Position numbers and translations under genes: made by a program. A model generated the notes under the pieces. The model did no database searches, was not told where the DNA came from, and saw only the letters and a program-made list of their open reading frames with translations. Shown here piece after piece: positions 9,001-21,774 of a stretch of DNA of 64,000 nt. The first letter of the stretch is position 1, and each line of letters begins with the position of its first letter. The stretch covers positions 73,293 through 137,292 of the forward strand of contig JAYEOW010000029.1 in NCBI GenBank assembly GCA_034723395.1, given 5' to 3'. Source of the stretch: Candidatus Margulisiibacteriota bacterium (lineage in GTDB: Bacteria; Margulisbacteria; WOR-1; O2-12-FULL-45-9).

Positions 9001-9998
9001 TTAGTTTTCGGTTCTCCATTCAACAGGGACGAACAGCTCGGAGAATTTGTTAATGGCATAGCGGTCGGTCATTCCGGCGATAAAATCTATCGTGTGTTGG
9101 AGTTGGCGGTCTTCACCTCGGATCCCCTTTTGGAAATATTTATCATAGTGATAGTGCCTAAAAAGATGGCGCATCAGGATCGGGACCTTGGATTCTTCTC
9201 TTTTAGCGACCGGATTGGTATAAACGTTCTTATACATAAAATCATAAAGTCCATCCATTGCGTTTTGTACGTTTCTGCTCATTTTTATTTTATTTTTTTC
9301 AAGCGAGTGTTTGATAATATCCGGTACGATAGAATCTAAAATATTTTCACCTAAAACCTTCATGTGTTTTCGCGGGAGATCTTTTTTGGCCAAAACTCCC
9401 GCGGTGATCGCGTCTTCAATATCGTGCCTCAGATATGCGATCCGGTCGGCCAGCCGAACAATGCATCCTTCAAGCGTTTTCGGCCAGGGATCGTTGGGGG
9501 TGTGATTTCTGATCCCATCGATTACCTCACAGGTTAAGTTGAGCCCTTTACCATGTTTTTCTAACACTTCAACCACCCGAGCGCTTTGTTCGTTATGAAA
9601 AAAGCGCTTCCCGTAATTTTCGCGCAATATATCGTCGAGAGCAAATTCCCCGGCGTGCCCAAACGGGGTGTGTCCAAGGTCGTGTCCCAGGGCGATCGCT
9701 TCGGCCAAGTCTTCGTTCAGTGCCAGGGCGCGGGCGATCGTGCGTGCGATCTGGGCAACCTCGATCGTATGGGTAAGCCGTGTCCTAAAGTGATCCTCGG
9801 CGGGAGAGATGAATACCTGAGTTTTATGTTTGAGCCTCCGGAATGATTTACAATGAAGGATCTTATCCCGATCGCGCTGGTAGGCGGTCCGGATATCGCA
9901 CTCTTTTTCCGGCCGCTTCCTCCCTTTACTTTGGGATGAGAGGGCCGCATAGCGCGAGAGCTCTTTTTTCTCTCGCGCTTCTAACTCTTTGCGGATTA

Positions 9999-10002
<4 letters not shown>
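9001..10002 (-). CDS. dgt: dGTP triphosphohydrolase-like HD-domain protein
   Basis: [18 protein letters not shown]...[13 protein letters not shown] is the dGTPase HD motif. Confidence 0.88.
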
Positions 10003-12701
<2,699 letters not shown>

Positions 12702-12729
12702 TTTTCCTTACCTTCCTTTCTTTTTATTG

Positions 12730-12801
12730 TGGAGCTGAGGGGATTTGAACCCCTGACCTCTTGACTGCCAGTCAAGCGTTCTCCCGCTGAACTACAGCCC
12801 C
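12730..12801 (-). tRNA. tRNA-Ala (anticodon GGC), CCA encoded
   Basis: The reverse complement GGGGCTGTAGTTCAGCGGGAGAACGCTTGACTGGCAGTCAAGAGGTCAGGGGTTCAAATCCCCTCAGCTCCA carries the G3:U70 Ala identity pair. Confidence 0.9.
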
Positions 12802-12811
12802 ACGGTTTTGT

Positions 12812-13153
12812 CTAATAGTGATAAATGATCGCTTCTTTTTCCCAAAGTTCTTCTAAATTGTAATATTCGCGCTCTTCTTTGCCCATTACATGGACAACGA
12901 TATTGCCTAAGTCGAGGATTATCCAGCCTGATTTGACCAATCCTTCCCACCGGAAACCTCTAATTTTATTCGATCTGAGCTGTTTGTCAATCTCTTTCTC
13001 GATTGCCCTGATTTGCACGCTCGAATCACCGCTGCAGATGATCAGGTAATCCAGAATGTTCGAAACCTTACGAACGTCCAGGATCTTAAGGTTGTTGGCC
13101 TTTTTACCTTCGGCTGCTTTGGCAATTATTTCGATAACCGTCTCTCTTTTCAC
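12812..13153 (-). CDS. rsfS: Ribosome silencing factor RsfS (Iojap family)
   Basis: 113 aa. DYLIICSGDSSVQIRAIEKEI matches Iojap/RsfS. Confidence 0.88.
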   Translation of the reverse strand: MKRETVIEIIAKAAEGKKANNLKILDVRKVSNILDYLIICSGDSSVQIRAIEKEIDKQLRSNKIRGFRWEGLVKSGWIILDLGNIVVHVMGKEEREYYNLEELWEKEAIIYHY

Positions 13154-14022
13154 GTTTTTGAACCTGCCTTAAAGATTTCGGTCATATTTTTAATCTTATT
13201 TAAGTTTGGTTTTAGATAATAAATCCCATCTACCATCATGTCCGATCCGGGGAGGGTTTTCATTGATATATTTCCGAGCTCTACCGCATCCCTGACTCCC
13301 AGACCAAGTCCGAGAGACTGTCTCGAATTCAGATTAGTATGGAGATAGGAGAGTAGGGTCAAAAACAACTTGGGCGAGCGGAGGATATTGTCCCTTTTTA
13401 ACATCTCTTTCGCCATTGACCGTAAGAAATGCTGTTGGCGCCCGATGCGTTTGAAATCCCCCCCATCTTTACGATATCTAAGATAGCCCATAACCTGTTT
13501 GCCGGATAATCTCTGCTGTCCCGGTTTCAAATCAATGTATAATCCGCCGGCATAATCGACGTAATACATCCGCTTCTCAACATTAACCGGGACTCCGCCC
13601 AGGTCGTCGATAATATTGACGATCCCGGCTAGATCGACCACAATGTGGTAGGGGATTTTGATTTCCAATAGGTTCTCGACAGTTTTTTTAGAGAGCTCTA
13701 CTCCGCCGTAGGCATAAGCATGGTTTATTTTATCTAACCCCCGCCCCGGCAGGACGGCAAGCGTATCTCTAGGGATCGAGATCAGGGTCGCTCTTTTGGC
13801 TGCCGGATCGGAATTTAATACCATGATCGTATCGGAACGGTGTCCATAGGCGCTGTCAACTCCGAGGACTAAAATGTTCGCTTTGGAAAAAGATTGATTT
13901 GAGGGGGCAAGGCTCAAAAAAAGCTCGAACAGGGCCAGTTTTGAGGCGATCGCCATAGTAAAACCGATAACTATTGAGAAGACGATGGTAATTGACAAGC
14001 TTATTATTACAAATTTCTTCAT
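13150..14022 (-). CDS. LytR-CpsA-Psr (LCP) family cell-envelope phosphotransferase
   Basis: N-terminal TM anchor, then LVLGVDSAYGHRSDTIMVLN...ISIPRDT. Confidence 0.85.
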   Translation of the reverse strand: MKKFVIISLSITIVFSIVIGFTMAIASKLALFELFLSLAPSNQSFSKANILVLGVDSAYGHRSDTIMVLNSDPAAKRATLISIPRDTLAVLPGRGLDKINHAYAYGGVELSKKTVENLLEIKIPYHIVVDLAGIVNIIDDLGGVPVNVEKRMYYVDYAGGLYIDLKPGQQRLSGKQVMGYLRYRKDGGDFKRIGRQQHFLRSMAKEMLKRDNILRSPKLFLTLLSYLHTNLNSRQSLGLGLGVRDAVELGNISMKTLPGSDMMVDGIYYLKPNLNKIKNMTEIFKAGSKT

Positions 14023-14582
14023 GTTTTTAGTAAATAATGGTTTCGGGTCTCAACCGTGCCGGGATGGAACGGAAGCCCTTTTTTTAATAAAAAGCTGAGC
14101 ATTTGTGTTGATGTCTCAACTACCGCCCGATCAAGGTCTTTAAAGGCCAAGCGCCTGCTTTTATTAACGCCGGGAAGGTTTCGTCCTTCTTCGATGTGGT
14201 CGGCGAGGTAGATGATCTTCTCAATTTTGCTCATCCCCGGAGCGCCGATCGTGTGCCTCCTTATCGCATCAAGGATATCTCTTGACCTTACCCCAAAATC
14301 TTTTTTTGCCAAACGCGCGCTCAGTTCGGCGTGCAGGAGCTTTGGCTCGAATCGGCTGATCGGGTCGATCTTCATTTTAAACCGGCGTGCTTCCTTTAAC
14401 ATTCCGCTTCTTGAAAATTTTCGGGCGTAATCGTGTAAAAGGGCGGCCAAACTAGCTTTTTGGATGGAGACTTTATGGCGTTTAGCAAGTGCAACGGCAG
14501 TTTTTTCTACCCTTAAACTATGTTCAAATCTATCCCGCGCAAGCGCTTCCCTTAGTTTGTTAATTATTTCTGGTTTTTTCAC
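14019..14582 (-). CDS. yqeK: HD-domain protein YqeK-like (Ap4A hydrolase family); usual nadD/yqeK/rsfS neighbourhood
   Basis: RFEHSLRVEKTAVALA...AALLHDYAR (HD motif). Located next to rsfS. Confidence 0.75.
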   Translation of the reverse strand: MKKPEIINKLREALARDRFEHSLRVEKTAVALAKRHKVSIQKASLAALLHDYARKFSRSGMLKEARRFKMKIDPISRFEPKLLHAELSARLAKKDFGVRSRDILDAIRRHTIGAPGMSKIEKIIYLADHIEEGRNLPGVNKSRRLAFKDLDRAVVETSTQMLSFLLKKGLPFHPGTVETRNHYLLKT

Positions 14583-14651
14583 AAAAAATAAACCAAGACT
14601 AGCGCCCTGGCAAGGTTGATATTATAACAGCTTTAAAGATTATCTGTCAAT

Positions 14652-14721
14652 CCCTCACCCCCTTTTTCCCCCTAGAGGGATGTTGAAGAAACGTAATCAT
14701 TATGTAATAATTGGGTGAGGG
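14652..14721. repeat. MITE-like repeat copy (CCCTCACCC...cccctttttcccc...GGGTGAGGG); its right arm supplies the RBS of the downstream gene
   Basis: Inverted terminal motifs CCCTCACCC and GGGTGAGGG, shared with the elements at 36308, 42724, 43188 and 47463. Confidence 0.6.
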
Positions 14722-14725
14722 CAAA

Positions 14726-15466
14726 ATGAACGATTTAGCAGTTATTATATTAGCAGCTGGTAAGGGGTCACGGATGAGATCGGACCTCCCAAAGGTGTTC
14801 CATGAGATACTGGGAGAGCCGATGCTTACCTATACCCTGGAATCGGTAAAAAAGCTCTCTCCGCAGCGGACGTTATTGGTGGTTGGCCATAAGCGGGAGC
14901 TGATTATGGATTATTATAAGGATTGGGAGCTAAAATTCGTCGTTCAGGATGAGCAATTGGGTACCGGACACGCGGTTATGCAGGCGAAGCCGTTCCTGGA
15001 CGATTTTGATGGGAGAGTCCTGATCGTAAACGGCGATGTTCCTTTGATCACTGATGTCACCCTCCGAAAACTGGTCGATTTTCATATCGAAAACAAGGCG
15101 GCGGCGACCGATCTTACCGCGGTTTTGGATGATGCCGGAAATTACGGGCGAATTGTTCGAAAAGAGAATGGGGAGGTTGTTAAGATCGTTGAAAAAAAGG
15201 ATGCCTCGCCCGAAGAGTTAAAGATCAACGAGATCAATACGGGCACTTTCTGTTTTAATAAAAAGGCTTTATATCTCGCTTTGGCTGAAGTCCGCGCCGA
15301 AAACGCGCAAAAAGAGTATTATTTAACCGATACGATCGAAATTTTACAGAAGAAGAACCTTCCGGTTTATGCGTTCCGTGCGGATGATCCAAATGAGACT
15401 TTGGGAGTTAATACCAAAGAAGAATTAGTTGGGATCGAAAAGATCCTTTTAAGCCGCGAAACGTAA
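14726..15466 (+). CDS. Sugar-phosphate nucleotidyltransferase (GlmU N-terminal-like, single domain)
   Basis: LAVIILAAGKGSRMRSDLPKVFHEILGEPML is the NTP-transferase G-x-G-x-R motif. The start was set at ATG 14726, 4 nt after the GGTGAGGG RBS. The track uses TTG at 14711. Confidence 0.8.
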   Translation: MNDLAVIILAAGKGSRMRSDLPKVFHEILGEPMLTYTLESVKKLSPQRTLLVVGHKRELIMDYYKDWELKFVVQDEQLGTGHAVMQAKPFLDDFDGRVLIVNGDVPLITDVTLRKLVDFHIENKAAATDLTAVLDDAGNYGRIVRKENGEVVKIVEKKDASPEELKINEINTGTFCFNKKALYLALAEVRAENAQKEYYLTDTIEILQKKNLPVYAFRADDPNETLGVNTKEELVGIEKILLSRET

Positions 15467-15479
15467 TTTCCCCAAAAGC

Positions 15480-15507
15480 TGAAATTTTTTCCTGAACTTT
15501 CCGAAAG
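15480..15507 (+). promoter_or_regulatory. Weak copy of the sigma-28-like motif (TGAAATTT-N12-TCCGAAAG)
   Basis: The -35 box and 12-nt spacer are conserved. The -10 box matches 5 of 8 positions. Confidence 0.25.
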
Positions 15508-15516
15508 TTATTTGCC

Positions 15517-18500
15517 ATGTCACGTATAACAAAAAACAATGGTGGAAGAGCTGTGTTTCCTCGGGCAATAGCTCTTCATGCTAGAAGAGGATTGTTTAAC
15601 GATCCAACTGCGCGAAAATTCCTCAAGCCGATCTTAAAATTTTGGAAAACGGGCAGAATGGAGCCTTCCTCAAAAGATCTGTTGGCGGTTGAGCGGGAGG
15701 CAATTCTTACGGTTGGAGTTGAAGCGGATTTGAGGAATCTGGCAACCTGCCGCCGAAAAGCCTTAGAAGGATTAGGGTCGAAAAACAGAGAAGAGTATAT
15801 TAACTTATTAATTTCCCTTGGCGCGTGTTACAGGAAAGAGGGGGAACTTGAGGATGCACAACGTCTGCTCCAGGGAATCAGCTTAGTAGAGCCGGGGAAT
15901 TGGTTGGTAAAAGCAGAGTTGGGAATTGTTTGTGGATTGCGAGGAAAGTTAGAATTATCTGTCCGATATTTTAAAGAAGCAGACTCGGTCCTGGAAGCAT
16001 ATGATCGGGAATATGAGGTGGAGGTGGCGGAAAGATGGGAGGCAGCCTCTTTTCGAGCGCGTTTTGAGGCCTTACTTGCGATAGAAAATGATAAAGGAAT
16101 TAGCCAAGCGCGACTCTCCGACATCCTTGCTCCGGTTTTAACTTTTCCCGAGGGATTGGAACTTAACGGTATCAAACAATTTTTTTACCAAAAGTTTGAG
16201 CGTGCATTTATCGCTTTGCTGCAAAGCAAAGCTCCGTTCGACCTGTTTTTTAACCTGTTTTATCGAGGAATAAAAGGAGAAAAAGATGGGGTGGCCGCAA
16301 TGGCCTCGGGAGAGTGGCCGGTCGATGGGAATAGGCTGCTAAAAGAGAGCCAGATGGTTGTGCTTAAGGTGTTGACAAAAAGCGAGAGGGAGATTGATGC
16401 GGTCCAGTTGAAGGATTTATTCGGCGCCGAAAAAGATAGCAAATCGGCGATAACGGTTTATGTTCGGATGAGAGTGCGCGCACTATTAGGAAAGGGGCGG
16501 CTAGATGCCGCTTGTGTGCTTTGGCAGGAAGTCAAAAACAATAAATTGGTTTCTCCCGCCGTGTTGAAGGCCCTCCGTTCCGAATTGAGGGCTGGGGAAA
16601 AGAAGCTGCGGCAGGATGCGGTGATGGACCAGGCTTCGGAATTTCTGCGCCAATTGGAGTTTTTTCAGAAAGCCGGGAATGAAGAGAAACTGCTTAATGA
16701 GCATGGGAAGCTGGCGGACCAAGCTGCTAGATTGTTGGAGGTTGCCGAGGAAGAGACAAAGGATGCGGTAAGAGAAGCGTTGATCGAGTTTGTCGAGTTT
16801 AACCTCCGGACGGCAAAGACTTTGCAGGGAGCGGTCCTATTGGCAGACCGCCTGATCGAATTTGGAGATGAAATTGCGCAAGGAGTTAAAAAGATTTTTA
16901 ATGAAAAGCTTAGCCATGATGGATCAAGAAAGCTTTTCATGGCGGGCCTGGCTAGCGCGAAGGTACAGGTGATCTCGCTTGGGACTATGCTGGCAAAGGG
17001 CAATATCCCGGTAGACGTTACATTTAAAGCTGTGAAAATTTCTAAGAAGAAGAGCCTAAAAATTCCCAATAACGCGGAGTTTAACAAAGTAAAAAGGTTC
17101 TTTGATTTCTTTTTTGTCCGTTTTAGAGAGCATCCCAGGATGCGGACAATGGCGGGAAAGATCGATGTCCCTTTTGCCGAGCCGATTAGCATGGAATCTT
17201 TCTGGTTTTGTTTTATGGCCGCTTTTGACAGCAACATCCATGACCGGACCCATACCTTTGAACTGGCGTTAAGGCTGGACCCAAATAATGTTGTTGCCAA
17301 AATGGAGATAGCGCGCCAATATCTTGCCCTTAAACAGGCCGTCCGCGCTGAGAGGCAGATCGATGAGGTGTTGGAAAAACTTGATCACCCTGCCGGTGTT
17401 TTTAAGGCGCTTACCATTAAGATAATGGCGGTTTGCCAGAAGCTGGCTGCGGCTAATGTCCGGGGTGAGAGATTGGTTGGGATGGTTGGGGAAAATGAAA
17501 AGCTTTTTCAAAGAGCGGAAAGGGAATACGAAAAAATTGCTCCGGAGTTGCGCAGCTCGCCGCTGATTGCGGATGAACTGCGGGGGCTCAACCAGACCCT
17601 TGGACAGATATATACGATGGCGCGTGATTTTGGTAAGGCAGTGGCCTATTACGACAAGACCTTGGAGAGCCGTCCGGGCGGCAAGGTCTATGAGTTGGCG
17701 ATGCGGGCCAAAACCCATTCGCTTTTACTTGAAGGGAAATTTCCGCGGGCGGTCGACTTCTTGTCCCGTCAGATCGCGGAGCTGGCCAAGGACGTGAACC
17801 GCCCGATCCCGGCATCTTTGTATTTTTATTTCGCGGAGGCGATGTTCCATGTAAAATCGCACAAACACGCGCTGACCGCGATCAACCGCGCGCTCGGGAT
17901 TAAAAAGAGGCTCGACCTCATACTTGCGAAGGTCCGTATATTGGCGGCGGCAGGGAAAGTTAGACAGGCGGAGATGATGCTTGATCTTTATGCCGGCCAG
18001 GATGCTCAAGAAACCGGCAAAAAGGGGGAAGAAGGTTCCAAATTTCTTAGGGGACTGCGTGCTTTAGCGGACGCGGAGATCTATCTGGCCAAGGATCGTC
18101 CGCAAGCGGCCATTAAAGCGTTTGAACTGGCGATCAAACTTTTTTCCGGTAATTACAATACGGAGTTTAGGGAGATAGAGTCGAGGTACTATCTGGTTAA
18201 TCTTATTTCGCGGATGGCTGTGGAGGCCGGGAACCAAGGACTTGTCCGCCGCGCGGTCGAAGAGGGAGAGAAGCTTTTGCGAAAATATCCTTTTTTTCCG
18301 CCGGCCCGTCAAGTTATGGTTGGTCCGCTGATGATCTTCGGTAAAGAGTCGGAGGCGTTGGGGCACATCCAATGGCTGGTAAAGCAATCTGGCCGGGGGG
18401 TATCGAGCGATATCCTGGCAAACTTGATCATCAGCGTATTTTCGGAGAACGAGGCAATACAAGAAAAGGCGATTGCGCTCTTTGTCCAGGTAAGGAAGGA

Positions 18501-18636
18501 TACGGCGGATGAGGCGTTCCCGGGAATTTACAAAGCGGCTAAACAGGCGGTCAGATTAATTGCAGCGGACTGGAGCGAAATGCATGACCGGCGGCTGGAC
18601 GATGTCCTGGCGGCGGATACTGCACCCAGGCAATAA
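15517..18636 (+). CDS. Large all-helical TPR-like hypothetical protein (1039 aa)
   Basis: Long ORF with coding-like composition and TPR-like segments such as AELGIVCGLRGKLELSVRYFKEA. No catalytic motif recognised. Confidence 0.7.
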   Translation: MSRITKNNGGRAVFPRAIALHARRGLFNDPTARKFLKPILKFWKTGRMEPSSKDLLAVEREAILTVGVEADLRNLATCRRKALEGLGSKNREEYINLLISLGACYRKEGELEDAQRLLQGISLVEPGNWLVKAELGIVCGLRGKLELSVRYFKEADSVLEAYDREYEVEVAERWEAASFRARFEALLAIENDKGISQARLSDILAPVLTFPEGLELNGIKQFFYQKFERAFIALLQSKAPFDLFFNLFYRGIKGEKDGVAAMASGEWPVDGNRLLKESQMVVLKVLTKSEREIDAVQLKDLFGAEKDSKSAITVYVRMRVRALLGKGRLDAACVLWQEVKNNKLVSPAVLKALRSELRAGEKKLRQDAVMDQASEFLRQLEFFQKAGNEEKLLNEHGKLADQAARLLEVAEEETKDAVREALIEFVEFNLRTAKTLQGAVLLADRLIEFGDEIAQGVKKIFNEKLSHDGSRKLFMAGLASAKVQVISLGTMLAKGNIPVDVTFKAVKISKKKSLKIPNNAEFNKVKRFFDFFFVRFREHPRMRTMAGKIDVPFAEPISMESFWFCFMAAFDSNIHDRTHTFELALRLDPNNVVAKMEIARQYLALKQAVRAERQIDEVLEKLDHPAGVFKALTIKIMAVCQKLAAANVRGERLVGMVGENEKLFQRAEREYEKIAPELRSSPLIADELRGLNQTLGQIYTMARDFGKAVAYYDKTLESRPGGKVYELAMRAKTHSLLLEGKFPRAVDFLSRQIAELAKDVNRPIPASLYFYFAEAMFHVKSHKHALTAINRALGIKKRLDLILAKVRILAAAGKVRQAEMMLDLYAGQDAQETGKKGEEGSKFLRGLRALADAEIYLAKDRPQAAIKAFELAIKLFSGNYNTEFREIESRYYLVNLISRMAVEAGNQGLVRRAVEEGEKLLRKYPFFPPARQVMVGPLMIFGKESEALGHIQWLVKQSGRGVSSDILANLIISVFSENEAIQEKAIALFVQVRKDTADEAFPGIYKAAKQAVRLIAADWSEMHDRRLDDVLAADTAPRQ

Positions 18637-18678
18637 AGCGGCTGTTTACCTCGGGGCTCCGCTTATTTTAAAATAAAG

Positions 18679-18706
18679 TGAAATTTCCTGTGAATCAGCC
18701 CGATAA
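18679..18706 (+). promoter_or_regulatory. Sigma-28 (FliA/SigD)-like promoter TGAAATTT-N12-CCCGATAA
   Basis: Matches the motif consensus found at five other sites. Located 21 nt upstream of the ATG at 18728. Confidence 0.5.
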
Positions 18707-18727
18707 TAATTTGGAGGCTGTTTAAAT

Positions 18728-19135
18728 ATGAGTGTAGTTAATTTAGCTATAACCGCTACGACTATTCATAGGGCGTTAGCTAAAAGAAAAATGTCTTATC
18801 CCTATTCGTGCCTTTTGAACCATCGTCTTTCGCCGACGATAAGGGCGCTGAAAAAATTGGCCAATATAGATCCGGTAAGATATACTGCCTATCAGGAGAT
18901 GATTGATTTTCTGGTCAATATCGCGAAAAGCCAAAAAGTCAAGGTAAAGCTTACCTTGCATATTCCAGGCCTTGCCGCGTTACGGGTAATTGATGTGGAG
19001 AGATTGATGGAAGATTCGGATGCCCGCAGGGATATTGTTAAACGTTGCTACCTCCCGACCAAAGGGATAATCGATCTCAGACCGCTGATTTTTATCAATA
19101 AATTATACACTCCAGGGATCAAGGCCGCGCTTTAA
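18728..19135 (+). CDS. Hypothetical protein (135 aa)
   Basis: ORF preceded by the sigma-28-like motif and a GGAGG RBS. Confidence 0.6.
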   Translation: MSVVNLAITATTIHRALAKRKMSYPYSCLLNHRLSPTIRALKKLANIDPVRYTAYQEMIDFLVNIAKSQKVKVKLTLHIPGLAALRVIDVERLMEDSDARRDIVKRCYLPTKGIIDLRPLIFINKLYTPGIKAAL

Positions 19136-19154
19136 ATATATTTGCTATTTTACC

Positions 19155-19182
19155 TGAAATTTTTGTTGTAACCCCACGATGA
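19155..19182 (+). promoter_or_regulatory. Degenerate copy of the sigma-28-like motif (TGAAATTT-N12-CACGATGA)
   Basis: The -35 box and spacer are conserved. The -10 box matches 5 of 8 positions. It lies very close to the ATG at 19190. Confidence 0.3.
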
Positions 19183-19189
19183 ATGTTAT

Positions 19190-21052
19190 ATGGCTATTTA
19201 CCAGCGTCCAGTATCAAGTGTTAAATTAGATCTTGGCCTGTTAGGGGTTAAAGGAAGGCTAATTACGCGGCATCGGCTTGCCCGCATGGAGAAGGGGGCT
19301 TATCGAGGGGTAATTGATTTAGTCAACCGTTTATCCGGCCAAACCGTTGTCGATCGATTAAAACTGGACCCTCCAGGCAAGCTTTCTGCTGGGACTTTAA
19401 AAGATATTCCGTTAGCTTTAGTTGCGGAAAAATTTGTAAGTGGAAGCAATGTCCAAACATTAGATCTGCGCGGGATCGAAAAGTTCTGGGCTAGAGAAGG
19501 GGCAGAGAGAGCAAAAAAACAATATCTCGGGGTTACTGCGGAACGGATAGAAGGGTTGTTTCCTGATCCGAAGACTTTACAGGTTGGCCACCTCTTGGAT
19601 GTCCTTCTTGAAGAAAGACAGTATTTTGACCGCCTCGCTCGCGATCCGCAAGCAACGGTTGATAAAGTATTTAAAGCAATCGATCATGGAAAGGAGAAAT
19701 TAGGATTCTTGAATGTTACTGTTTATCGCCCGATAGAGGATGGCAAGTGGGTGAGAACACAGCGGACCCGGCAATGGAGATCTTCTCAAACCTTAAAATA
19801 TGATCCGGTAAAGGGAGGGGGTTTTCCGGAGACCACGCTAAAAAGTGTGATTGAAGGTGATAAATTGATCTATGACGTGATGATCAATGATCCAAAAACG
19901 TTTAGGCGTGAGGGGTTGGTGCCCGATTTTAGTTCGATCCGTAATGATCTAAAACAATCCAAGGGATCGGACCGGATGCTTTTTGTAAAATTGGTTTCAA
20001 GTTCGGGAGAGGTCGAAGGGGTGGTGCAGCTTCATAATCGGGTAAGTGTTGATGAGCCGATCGATTCGTTGCCTTTGCTGCCAAAAGAACCGCAAGACGC
20101 CCGCCGCATCAAAACAGAATTGCTACTTTATTTTGATCAAGCGGTGCAGGCGATCGAAGCGATCAGGAATCGTGAAAGGTTAAGGGCTGCCGCTGTCTTC
20201 CCGGGCCAAGAGAGAAAAGATCCGACCGGAGAAGTTTATAGCCCGCTCCAATTTCACCGCTCAAGTGGTGACCCGGAACCGTATCTTGATCTAAAGATCG
20301 AGATCAACCGGAGCCCATCGCTAAATTTTGAAAAGATCGAAGCCCGTGTAGTTGAACAGCTGACCGCGTTGGCCGAAGCTTGCGGCATTCTCCATATGAG
20401 TCCTGCGGAGATGCGGGAGCACGTCATACGGGTAAGCCGGGCAGAGATCGTGAGGAAAAAAGAGGAGATCGTCGGTTTTGGAACTTCACGGTATTTTGAT
20501 AATTATGTTAACCATAAGGGGAAAAAAGAGACCTTAACCCTGCTTTGGGGGACGATGGTAAGGCCCGATATGCGCAGAAGGGGATTAATGATTAAGCTAA
20601 ACTTTGATCTGATCAAGGCGGCCAAAGAGGCGGTCCAACTTGCGATAACCGGTTTGTTCAAGAGTATAAGGCGGCTTTTTGTCCCGGCCCCGATCACGGT
20701 AAGGACTCAAAGTGTTGCCGTCCTTAATGCTTGTTCCCGGCATTTTAGCGGAGTAGCAAGAGTGGGGCAAACACCAAAAGATAGATATGGCCATATGACC
20801 AAGTTTGTTGCCGAACGGGAGAGCTGGGTGATCGATGGGAAGAATATCCAGCGAAATGCTTACGATCGGATGAGAGTTGATAGCAAAGGGGACCTGATCC
20901 CGGGATTGGGCCCTAATGATGCTTACGTCTTTTCGGGGGATTTTACCGCGTGGAAAGAATTTTTAACCTGGGTGGCGATTAAAATTATCTATCCAGCCAA
21001 ATCTTGGTGGAAAAGGAAAGGTGGAAAAAAGAAGATCAGTTCTATTATTTAA
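19190..21052 (+). CDS. Hypothetical protein (620 aa), possible GNAT-like C-terminal region
   Basis: Long ORF. The C-terminal region LWGTMVRPDMRRRGLMIKL resembles GNAT motif A only weakly. Confidence 0.65.
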   Translation: MAIYQRPVSSVKLDLGLLGVKGRLITRHRLARMEKGAYRGVIDLVNRLSGQTVVDRLKLDPPGKLSAGTLKDIPLALVAEKFVSGSNVQTLDLRGIEKFWAREGAERAKKQYLGVTAERIEGLFPDPKTLQVGHLLDVLLEERQYFDRLARDPQATVDKVFKAIDHGKEKLGFLNVTVYRPIEDGKWVRTQRTRQWRSSQTLKYDPVKGGGFPETTLKSVIEGDKLIYDVMINDPKTFRREGLVPDFSSIRNDLKQSKGSDRMLFVKLVSSSGEVEGVVQLHNRVSVDEPIDSLPLLPKEPQDARRIKTELLLYFDQAVQAIEAIRNRERLRAAAVFPGQERKDPTGEVYSPLQFHRSSGDPEPYLDLKIEINRSPSLNFEKIEARVVEQLTALAEACGILHMSPAEMREHVIRVSRAEIVRKKEEIVGFGTSRYFDNYVNHKGKKETLTLLWGTMVRPDMRRRGLMIKLNFDLIKAAKEAVQLAITGLFKSIRRLFVPAPITVRTQSVAVLNACSRHFSGVARVGQTPKDRYGHMTKFVAERESWVIDGKNIQRNAYDRMRVDSKGDLIPGLGPNDAYVFSGDFTAWKEFLTWVAIKIIYPAKSWWKRKGGKKKISSII

Positions 21053-21054
21053 CT

Positions 21055-21759
21055 ATGAAAATCAGCGGGCAAAAAATATTCTGGGGTACCTATTGGAAGA
21101 TCTACCGGTCTTTGGCTGCAGTACGGCCCTATAAAAAAACGGTAGATCGGGGGATAAACCTGCTTGAGGTCAAAGATGGGGGACGTTATCTTGATCTTGC
21201 TTGCGGACCGGGGATTACCAGCCGGAAGCTGAAAGACGCGGGCAGGAACTTGAGCGTGCTTGGCATAGATTCTTCTAAGTCGGGCCTGGCAATAGCGCGC
21301 GCGGATAATCCCGATATCCATTTTGCGGTGGCTGATTTTAATATGCCTTTACCGATAAAATCCCGATCGATGGATGGCGTTTTTGCCAATAATGCTTTTT
21401 ACCTGGTAAAAGACCCAGTAACAACGTTAGGCCGTATTCGCGATATTTTAAGGCCGGGCGGGATGTTTGTAATGTCAACGCCAAAAGAGGGGGCCAGGCC
21501 TTTTGCGATCGTCAGGGAGCATTTAAAAGGGAGCAGGGGGATCTTCGAGCCCTTCAGGGTATTTGCCATGTTCTTAGCGTTCCTCCCGTTCCAGATCGCG
21601 CTCAAAGGCAGTGCGGGCGGAGCGGCAAATTTCTGGTCGCAAGAGAAATGGGAGGCAGTTTTAGAGGATGCCCGATTGAAGGGGATTGAATTTGAAGTTG
21701 TAGCGGCTGAACCATCGTACGCGGACCAGAATACAACCTTTGCCTTGCGTCGCACATAA
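21055..21759 (+). CDS. Class I SAM-dependent methyltransferase
   Basis: LDLACGPGITSRKL is the SAM-binding motif I. The start was set at ATG 21055, just after the upstream stop. The track ORF starts at 21004, overlapping the previous gene. Confidence 0.8.
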   Translation: MKISGQKIFWGTYWKIYRSLAAVRPYKKTVDRGINLLEVKDGGRYLDLACGPGITSRKLKDAGRNLSVLGIDSSKSGLAIARADNPDIHFAVADFNMPLPIKSRSMDGVFANNAFYLVKDPVTTLGRIRDILRPGGMFVMSTPKEGARPFAIVREHLKGSRGIFEPFRVFAMFLAFLPFQIALKGSAGGAANFWSQEKWEAVLEDARLKGIEFEVVAAEPSYADQNTTFALRRT

Positions 21760-21774
21760 TGTATAATTGATTCT

